NCBI GenBank assembly: GCA_963716475.1
Contig: OY970314.1
Coordinates: 74,479 to 138,478 of the forward strand
Origin: Candidatus Woesebacteria bacterium
Lineage (GTDB): Bacteria; Patescibacteriota; Microgenomatia; UBA8517
Direction: 5' to 3'
DNA: 64,000 nucleotides
The stretch's first letter is position 1, and every line of letters starts with the position of its first letter. This document shows, one piece after another, positions 18,301 through 26,400 of the stretch. The notes beneath the pieces are model-generated. The model had not been told where the DNA came from, ran no database searches, and worked only from the letters and a program-made list of their open reading frames with translations. The position numbers and the translations under genes are program-made.

Positions 18301-19282
18301 CTCAGAAGTTTCAATTTCTCTCGGCGAGGTTCCGGGTGGGAAATGTCCTACTTCAGCGAACAGAACACCTGCATATATTGCTGCGGCACGCCTAAGAATT
18401 GTACAGACAAATGCTACCGGAATTACAAATACCAGAAACATGATTGAACTGGGAGATGGTGAAACCATTTCAACAGGTACAACAGCAACTCAGCTAACTT
18501 ACCCCAAATATTGGCTTTATACATCGGGAAATTATGACGGGACTGTTACTACGACTTTTGAAGCGACTGTTTGGAGGGCCGGTGGCAGTTCATACACCGC
18601 CTACGTATGTCTGTATTCTACAGCAGGCAGTGAGATCGGGTGTGTGAGTACCACAAGTACATCCCCGGCTTACCCGACCGCAGTAAGCGTAACCCTGTCA
18701 AACGGAACCGAATATGAAGTAAGAGTCAAAGCCAGCGCAGCCGCAAAAACTGTATATATTGCAAACGCTAAAGTTATAGTTGATCAAGCAGCGGCAGGGG
18801 GAATTACCAAATTGGAAACAGTGCAACATTATAATAACACTCTGGCAACGGAATCAACATCTTCCTATGTTTCTAAGCAATTTTTAACCGAGTTTGTTTT
18901 GGATAACTGGTATGGCGGAACGTTTGCTGCCTATTTTGAGTCGGATATAAAGACTAATAACAGTTCAAATGCCTATTATGCTCGTTTGTACGATATTTAT
19001 AATGCTACCCCTATGGGAGAGATTACAGGTAATGATACTTCCTATGTTAGAAAAACCAGTTCGGATATATGGAGTTCTCTTGCTGCGGGTGGCAATACAA
19101 TGATAGACGTTCAACTGAAAAATAATTCGACCAGCACCACCTCATCATCAAATTCTTGGTTAATCATTAAAGTAACAAATTTACAAGTGCCCGAGAAGCT
19201 TATTTTTGCCCTGCCGTTGATATCCTTAATCCCGATTATAATTAAAAAAAGGAAGGAGATTCTATTAAATAGAAATGGTTGA
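15395..19282 (+). CDS. Giant gene 1: tandem HTH - polytopic processive GT2 synthase - variable ectodomain - VPE-CTERM protein
   Basis: 1295 aa. Two HTH modules ('VASEAGVARKTIYSWLNIYK', 'ISRELRVSRKTIYKWLKEYKEKG'). GT2 motifs 'CDDSTDET', 'FDADFVPYPD', 'QGYQWH', 'SITEDFELT' and 'RQRMRWAEGH'. Multiple TM segments and a Ser/Thr/Asn-rich C-terminal ~400 aa, ending 'VPEKLIFALPLISLIPIIIKKRKE'. Confidence 0.85.
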   Translation: MPTKEKISAVKKVLEGISVSSVASEAGVARKTIYSWLNIYKAAAKRNKKTCLLPKYVAGRAHPREYTHTLEQKTVRLIKKDPTLSVSKMAERLNAGHHAVYNLLKALKLNTEDSRLAYSRIYSYPGIFDPQIKESVARKIVNSEGKVTDISRELRVSRKTIYKWLKEYKEKGTVRNNYLKGFEHPRSLGPEAEASVLSQVVKAPELSIHALATGLNFSNHAVFNILKRNFLTQRNARIIYSQAQAIRVSEKPEAIGFIDRIKSVFETFTPNLAPAPPPGGKSKFSPLLKISLASIIVLPLFTLALVYWVNLLRSGAAGNVVGLIFATISLIMGTFFFLYSLKYYFTVALVLSRTQQEGSKSRTSIGLEPNLDHVILTKKPYISVHIPFYNEKNVVERAIEASTNFDYPEYEVILCDDSTDETTTIIRDYQKKYLSKGESLKITTNSQDGWELSHVDVRPGVTLKHLHRISREGYKGGALRLALTQTDPRAEFVSVFDADFVPYPDSLNLFLKYFKAENNMSEDYTVSKVAAVQGYQWHVLNKSENWITRGVRSEYAGSYVIERAGTEIYGGLKQISGSVYMIRRKPLEEVGWATSITEDFELTLKLYNAGYKVVYTPYIQAPAECVSTLRRLVRQRMRWAEGHSFNVKKMFAKLMFSPKLSSAEKFETVYLAPYYLQAFFFVVGTLSWFISETLLPARLPFWTELWGWSLVLTNMVALPLMNTVGMFLEESEQKDYTGILSFVALSYLVVPFQAYAAVKGFLETSEGPWFRTPKTGRITDVFARGKFYRLIRQILPRRATSFQSTYSYNYITLTTANNRFSNFKIKRSGNKYISKALLTGLTIIILLLNQLSFFAPGVLAASPNPTIEQQINFMDKLYSTTSTSAAPGDNSLGMFTWNDSKYNNATVNMDYDAGKSGNLSYGLTSVGLSLVNGTTYTPAIRYQCLAVSGIATEYAIPGLYTSGGVLVQFSEVSISLGEVPGGKCPTSANRTPAYIAAARLRIVQTNATGITNTRNMIELGDGETISTGTTATQLTYPKYWLYTSGNYDGTVTTTFEATVWRAGGSSYTAYVCLYSTAGSEIGCVSTTSTSPAYPTAVSVTLSNGTEYEVRVKASAAAKTVYIANAKVIVDQAAAGGITKLETVQHYNNTLATESTSSYVSKQFLTEFVLDNWYGGTFAAYFESDIKTNNSSNAYYARLYDIYNATPMGEITGNDTSYVRKTSSDIWSSLAAGGNTMIDVQLKNNSTSTTSSSNSWLIIKVTNLQVPEKLIFALPLISLIPIIIKKRKEILLNRNG
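19187..19279 (+). other. C-terminal tripartite sorting-signal-like region (VPEK / Pro-rich hydrophobic / KKRK)
   Basis: 'VPEKLIFALPLISLIPIIIKKRKEILLNRNG' at the extreme C-terminus of giant gene 1. The layout matches PEP-CTERM / archaeosortase signals. Confidence 0.65.
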
Positions 19283-19838
19283 AAAAAGGAAAATTATAAA
19301 TATTTTGCTTATAGCCAGCCTAATTTTGGCTTTACTGCCTTTTTATGTGAGCTTTCAGGATTTACTTACAAATATAGTTATGAAGGTAAATTTGTATAAA
19401 GCTTTACAAAACACAATTGTGCCATATGAAATGAAAGTGGTAGGCGGAATTATAAACCTGTTACGTTTTCCGATTAGCGCAGGCAGTAGTTATTTTTCAT
19501 GGAATATAGCCAATGGTAAAAAAGAAGCAGTCTATTTGGCCTGGAACTGTATTGGTTGGCAGACTATGATACTGTTTTTGGTGACATTAGTTACAGGTTT
19601 TTCAAAAAGACACCTCTTAAGTTCAAAAATTGAAGCTATTTTAATAGGAGCGCTAGGGACATATATAATAAACATTGTAAGGATTACTGTTGTTATTTTG
19701 ATCTATTTCTGGTTTGGCCGGGGGTTTGGAATAATATTCCACGATTACTTCTCATCTCTAATTACAATATTCTGGTTAATAGGGTATTGGCTGTTTGTTT
19801 ATAAACATACCCTAATAGAAAAATCCGTCGAAGAGTAG
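19275..19838 (+). CDS. Miniature exosortase/archaeosortase-like polytopic protein (cassette 1)
   Basis: 187 aa with about 5 hydrophobic segments. Motifs 'AWNCIGWQT', 'INIVRITV' and 'IFHDYFS' are conserved in the paralogues at 33555 and 41283. The ATG overlaps the giant-gene stop by 8 nt. Confidence 0.62.
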   Translation: MVEKRKIINILLIASLILALLPFYVSFQDLLTNIVMKVNLYKALQNTIVPYEMKVVGGIINLLRFPISAGSSYFSWNIANGKKEAVYLAWNCIGWQTMILFLVTLVTGFSKRHLLSSKIEAILIGALGTYIINIVRITVVILIYFWFGRGFGIIFHDYFSSLITIFWLIGYWLFVYKHTLIEKSVEE

Positions 19839-20290
19839 CGGAACAGGTTGTTTTGGTAAAAATATTCTTCCACAATACACAAGACATGGATGTATTGATT
19901 AACCTAATTGGTTGTCGTTTTCTGGTGGCTTTCGTATAGATATATTTTGGAAGATAAGGAAAGCACGGGAAAGGATATAGTTGAGGTTTGAGCATATATT
20001 TTACTCCATCATATATGCCGTATAGATGGGATTTACTGTCAATCCACTGGTTAAAGTGAACACCAAACCAAGGGAAATTTCTTCATCAATATAGGTTGTA
20101 TTATTTAACGAAACCGGCTGACATTTGACCCAAATCCGGAAGAATAATCTCTAACCAATCATCGTTTTTAAATGATTCTTTTGAGGCCGGATCAACAGCT
20201 TTCTGACTATCTGTGGGTTGAGAATTCGATGGGAATGACTTTTCTGAGCCAGCATAAAGACCTGGCCATGCACACCCAGGAAGTACAAAG

Positions 20291-20325
20291 ACCGATAGTA
20301 TATAATCTCCGCACCGATAGTATAT
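20291..20325. repeat. Tandem direct 13-mer ACCGATAGTATAT x2 (22-bp period)
   Basis: Exact copies at 20291-20303 and 20313-20325 in the ORF-poor spacer upstream of giant gene 2. Confidence 0.9.
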
Positions 20326-20437
20326 TTGAGGCCAATTGTATCTTCATTTCGTGCCTGTTTCGACTTTTTTGTCTATGTCCAGCCTGGCCGTGAGGCCGAA
20401 TTTATCCACCGCCATTTTATGAGCCTGTAGTTAGTAC

Positions 20438-20467
20438 TTGACAGGTGTTAGGATGGTTGGTAACAAT
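20438..20467 (+). promoter_or_regulatory. Promoter of giant gene 2: TTGACA-N11-GGTTGGTAACAAT
   Basis: TTGACA at 20438-20443 and the 13-mer at 20455-20467, identical in sequence and spacing to gene 1. The -10-like hexamer ends 7 nt before ATG 20474, which suggests a leaderless mRNA. Confidence 0.5.
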
Positions 20468-20473
20468 GAATAT

Positions 20474-23400
20474 ATGCCCTTTTCCGAAGCTAAAAGAGAA
20501 AAGATCGTTTTATCCGTACTAAAGGATAATATTGCGGTTTCGGAAGTCTCCAGAAACTACTCTGTTGCCCGAAAAACTATTTACTCTTGGATAAAGAGGT
20601 ATAAAAAGGGAAGTCTTGCTCCACTATATACAAAGGGCAGGAAACACCCGGCGGCCGTATACCCGAAAGCCTATTCTTATATAAGTAGATGGGCTGTAGG
20701 GCACCCCAAGTGGGGATGCCGCACTTTGAGTAAAAGATTAAATGAAAAAGGAATCAGCTTGAGCTACGTTCAGGTTAACAGATTGTTGAACACAATCGGA
20801 GCGGAGACTTATGACAGAAGGTTGAATTATGCCAGAAACTTTGCCGGTCCGGGGAGAACCAGGGAGGATGTCAGGCTTGAAATTGTCAAAAAGGCCGTTA
20901 CCGGGAAAATTTCCATTACAACTCTTTCCGAAAACTACAAAGTTGCCCGTAAGACCATATATAAATGGATAGCGAAATACCGGGCCATTGGTAACATTAA
21001 AGATTCGTACGTCGTTGGTGAGGCTCATCCCAAGGCAATCTACCCGAAAATTACGCAGCAAGTACTCGACTTGGTCGTTACAAACCCCGGTTATTCGGTA
21101 CGCACTCTGGCTAAATCATTTCCGGCATCCTCTTGGACCATCTGGAGTATTTTAAATAGAAATAATCTGAATACATATAATTTAAGGCTCGAATATTCCA
21201 GGAATATATCTGAGGCTGCCGAAGAGAAAGTCTCGACAACGGGAGTTTCCGAAAGGATAAGATCTGTTTTTGAAAGCTTTACTCCAAATCTGGCTCCGGC
21301 CCCGCCTCCGGGGAAACGTAAAATCTTCAACTTCTTCATTATTTCAGTCTTCCTCTTATCAATATCCTTAGCAATTTTCTATTGGGGATCCGTAATTGTT
21401 CACGCTCCGAATATTGCCGGGTCCATAGGCATGATTTTTGCAGGCGTCTCACTGTCACTCGGAATGTTTTTCTTCCTTTATTCTCTTAAATACTATATTT
21501 CTACAGCGATAGTGCTTTCATATTCACAGAAAGAGGGCTTAGATGCCTCGAGAGTAAGCGCTACCGGCTTAAACTCAGACCTCAGTAACATTCATCTTGA
21601 ACGGCATCCTTATGTCTCGGTTCATCTGGCTCTCTATAACGAGAAGAATGTGGTGGAAAGACTGATGAAAGCAGCTACTTCTTTCGATTACGACAATTAT
21701 GAAGTAATCATCGCGGATGACTCAACTGATGAAACCACCGACAAAATCAGGGAGTTTCTGAAAACATTCCTTCCTAAAGGTGAATCGCTTCGGCAAACCA
21801 AAGGGGACGGGTGGGCAATGACAGAAGTTGACATAAGGAGCGGGGTTGTCTTTAAACATGTCCATAGAACCACAAGGATGGGTTATAAAGGGGGAGCGCT
21901 GAAGCTTGCCCTTTCTCTTACCGACCCGAAAGCTGAATTTGTTTCTGTCTTTGATGCCGATTTTGTGCCTTACCCAGATTCCCTGATGCTATTTCTTAAA
22001 TACTTCAAACTACAGAATAATGGATCAGAAGACTACAAAACAAGTAATACTGCATCAGTTCAGGGCTATCAGTGGCACGTACTTAATAAATCAGAAAACT
22101 GGATTACTAGGGGAGTCAGAAGTGAGTATGCAGGTAGCTACGTAATAGAAAGAGCCGGAACCGAAATCTACAAAGGCCTAAAGCAAATCTCGGGATCAGT
22201 TTACATGATCAGGCGCGATGTTTTGGAAGGAATAGGTTGGGGTACTTCTATCACTGAGGACTTTGAGCTTACCCTGAAACTCTACGAAAAAGGCTACAAA
22301 GTGGTTTATACGCCGTATATTCAGGCTCCGGCTGAATGCGTATCGACCCTAAGAAGACTTGTCAGACAACGTATGCGTTGGGCGGAAGGACATTCTTTCA
22401 ATGTCAAAAAGATGTTCGCAAAGCTTATGTTCTCTCCAAAACTTTCTTCCGCCGAGAAGTTTGAAACGGTTTATCTTGCCCCTTACTATCTACAGGCATT
22501 ATTCTTCCTCATCGGAACTCTCTCCTGGTTCATTTCGGAAACCATTTTACCCGCCCGCCTTCCTTTCTGGACAGAGCTTTGGGGATGGAGTTTGGTTCTG
22601 ACCAATATGATTTCACTGCCGCTTCTAAACACAGTCGGACTTTTCTTAGAGGAATCGGACAGAAAGGATTACTCGGGTATTCCATCTTTTATAGCTCTTT
22701 CATATATAGTTGTTCCGTTTCAGGCCTATGCGGCTGTAAAAGGCTTTCTGGAGAAGGAGGAAGGACCATGGTTTAGAACTCCGAAAACCGGCCGCATTAC
22801 GGATGTTTTCAAAAGAGGTAAGTTCTACAAATTTATTTCCGGGATCTTGCCGGGGAAGGCTGCCGGTTCTGCCACGAGTTATGATCTAAGTCCTTATCTT
22901 GCCCTGACCTCAGCCAATAATAGATTCAGCTCGTTCTCCATTCAAACAAGAAAAGGCAGAAGGTGGGTGGGAAAACTAATGCTAACCTCAATGCTTATTA
23001 TTTCCAATCTTCTTCTTTCTTTTTCTCCTTATATTGAATCAAGGGACGGCAACAGCCAACCTCCTCCGGGAACAGGTATTCTTATGGATGGCAGTACAAA
23101 AGGATCGGGAGGCAAGGTCAATTTAACTCCTGAGCAGCAGCAGTCTTTGGACAAATCGATTAAAGCGAATAACCAAAAAACAAGCTTTAAACTGGTTAGC
23201 GATGTCTCGGCAGCAGAAATATCCGGAGGCAGTGAGGTGAACACCTCCTTTGATGTTAAAAAGAAAGACCTTGAACTTAGCGGGGGAAATACCACCTTTA
23301 CAACTGATGAAAATCCCCAATTTACCTTAAAGCAGAACGACGGTTTTTGGGAATTTATCAAGAATATTTTCATTAAAGAAAAACCCTTGAAAGATCAGGT

Positions 23401-26400
23401 TGTTGTAACAGTTTTGGACTTAAAAGGTAAGGAGGTGGGAAGCCCGCAGGTGGTAGAAGGTGGAATTGATGATTTAAGTATAAATCTTGACAAAACAACC
23501 CTTACTCCGGGCGGATATACTCTTGAGATCAAAAGTGGGAGTAGCCCCGTTATCACCCAGGATTTCAGTTGGGGAGTGCTGGCAATAAATACCAATAAGT
23601 CGGTATATAGTCCGGGTGAAGACGCCTCCATTTCAATGGGGGTTCTTAATGAAGTTGGAGAAACGCTTTGTAGCGCGGGACTAACGCTTGATATTACAGA
23701 CACGGCAGGCACAGTTACCGCTTTAACCACAAAGGAGGGCACCATTAAAGTCAGCGATGAATGCAGCCTCAAGGGCTTCAGCCTGAAACCCGACTATGAA
23801 GCAGCCTACAAAACAACGGTTGCAGGAAAGTACAGCATGGTTCTGACTGCAGAGACTCTTAACGGCAAATATGTTATCAAGGGTTGGTTTGAGGCAAAAG
23901 ACTCGGTCGATTTTGACGTCGAAACGATTACGGCCTCCAGAATTAATCCGGTTTATGAATACCCGGTTATTTTTATAGTTAAGGCGGGTAAAGACTACAA
24001 TGGCATTGTTGAAGAAAAAGTCCCGGCCGGCTTTGAAATCAGTAAACTCAACGACTTAAAGTTGAATAACTATCTGGATTCTAAAGGGGAAAGTACGGCA
24101 AGCGGTAAACTTCAGGAGACACTGGTTAATGACGGTTCACAGGAGGCGGGACAAAAAACACTCCGTTGGATTGTTGACTGGAAAAAAGACCAGACTTATG
24201 TTCTTGCATACGCTTTTAAAGCGCCGATGGTCAGTCCAGAATTTTATCTACTCGGGCCGCTCTGGATCGGGGCATATGAGGGAGCGGGAGGTTGGCAGAT
24301 AGCCGCGGATAAGGTCCCTGCTGGGATTATTGTCGGTTGGCCGTCAACTGTAGCCTCAATTCCTAATCACTGGAGCAGGGTTTCAGGCGCGGCTCTTGAC
24401 GGGTACTTTTTAAGATCAGTAACAGCAACTGATCCGTCGGGTACTCCCGGAGGAAATGCCAGCCATACTCATTCACCGGCGAGTCATACTCATTCCGTTC
24501 CTGTCCATACACATACAGTTCCCGCTTTTGCCCAATCAACCAATACTTCGGCAACGACGGGTAACTCTACGGGTTCCGCCCGTGATACTCATACTCATGC
24601 GGCATTTAGTTCCGGAAATTCCAACGTAACCGTCAATAATGCCCAGACGGTTCCTTTTGCGGGACTTTCCAATGACCCCGATAATTCAACCGTCATCTGG
24701 ATCCAGTCGGACGGAGACCCGTCTACCGAAATTCCGGTAGGGTCTTATGTTTACTTTGACTCAAACACCATGCCGGGAGCCAACTGGGGTAGAGTAAAGG
24801 GAAATTACTTCCTTAAAGGTGCGGCAACGGGTTTAGGGGGAGGAACCGATACGGTAACAGGTTCCGCAACTCATACCCACGCCGCCTCAGCCGACCATAC
24901 CCATACTGAGGCTGCCCATACCCATTCAGGGAGCTCGGCAGGAGGTTCACTTGCTGTTTCCAGTACGGGAACTGGGTCTTACTCTCCGAGTGGCCATACA
25001 CATACCGTTACCTCAAGCTCCGTTGCGGCAACGGAGGGAGGAGCATCGGTAACCCCGACAGTCGGAGTGGCCGCTCCCTCGGGAGAACCTCCTTGGTACA
25101 AACTTAATATCATTAGTAAGTCTACAGGTGCTAATGAAACTCCTTTAAATGTCATTGCCATGTGGACCGGAACTCTGGCAACAATTCCCGACGGTTGGGT
25201 AATTTGTGACGGAACAAATGGAACTCCAAACCTGGGTACAAACTTTATCAAAGGCGCAAATGCCGACGGGGAGCTCAATACCACCGGGGGTTCCCTTACC
25301 CACACTCATGGGGCAGGCAATACCCATACACATACAATAAATGCTCACGTACACACCTGGACGGTTGGAGCTGCCTCCGGAACCGGTGTTGGATTAACGG
25401 GAAATGGAAGATCAGCCGTGGTCAGTACTCATACACATACCCTCAGCGCTGCGCAAACATCAAGTGGCGGAGGTTCAACAGGAACGGCAACTATTACGGC
25501 CGACTCGCAATCTAATCTTCCTCTCTACAAAGAGGTTGCCTACATTATGTATATCGGTAAGACTGTTGCCGGTAAAGCCTATTCGGATGAAGCAACCAGT
25601 ATCTGGGCCGGTTGTGACAACTCGACTGCCAGAATAAGTTTGGTAGTTAACGGCGGTACAGCCTCCACAACCTCATGCAGCAGTTCAGACGGATCTTTCA
25701 GTTTCAAGAATGTTACTCACGCGACAGATAATCCAATATCGGTATTTTTTAATACCGCAGGTAGCAATGCCGACAAAGGTGTGGCAGTTACTATCGCCAA
25801 CGATGCCACTACTCCGATTACCCTTAATCCCAGAAAAAATATTGTCTGGATGAGGAGTGAGAAAGCAACACCGACCATTACCAACTCCAATCTGGCTCAT
25901 TGTTATGCCTCAACCCCCGCAAGCTGTGCCAATGTCCCGTATTCTGCTTCGGGAGCCAATATAACCCTAACTACTGGAGTTGAGCTTCATGTAGAAAGCA
26001 GTATGACATATGATCCCGGGGGAACCACTGCAACCACCGGTACCGGAAGTCTGCATGTGGATGACAATGCTGTCGCATACTTGGATACTACTGGCAATAC
26101 CATTGCTAATAATATTTTAGTGGATGCCGGGGCGACCATTCATATTGATGCCAGTACGGCAGTAAACGGGGGAAATATCACGGTTACAGGTAACGGAATA
26201 GTATCTTCAGCCGCCGGAACCGTAACTATGGGGGCAAGCGGAACCATTGGGGGAGGATCAACAGGATCTACCTTCCAGTTAACAGATCTTGTTGTTTCTT
26301 CGGGGACTACAACCCTGGGGACGGATGCCGACAATATACTGGACTTTACCGGGGATATCAACGTTTCGGCCGGAGCCGTGCTTGCCATGAACAATAAAAC

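Noticed and set aside
17975-19186. A high density of N-x-S/T sequons (about 14 by eye) in the gene 1 ectodomain as evidence for N-glycosylation.
   Set aside because: The region is so rich in Asn, Ser and Thr that this density is expected by composition. No STT3/PglB-type WWDYG motif was seen in the neighbouring membrane proteins.
20172-20393. The plus-strand 73-aa ORF and the minus-strand 77-aa ORF (19762-19995) in the cassette 1/2 spacer as real genes.
   Set aside because: Both have implausible composition, no motifs and no promoter or start context. The region looks non-coding or decayed.
20438-20473. ORF-track start of giant gene 2 at TTG 20438 ('MTGVRMVGNNEY...').
   Set aside because: The TTG is the first base of a TTGACA -35 box that is conserved with gene 1. 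The ATG at 20474 gives an N-terminus parallel to gene 1 (MPFSEAK... versus MPTKEK...).
24460-25460. CA/AC/AT-rich runs (e.g. catacacatacaca) that look like microsatellite or low-complexity DNA.
   Set aside because: They are in frame and encode H-T-H/H-V-H triplets inside recognisable tail-collar-like modules. They are not uniform-period tandem repeats.
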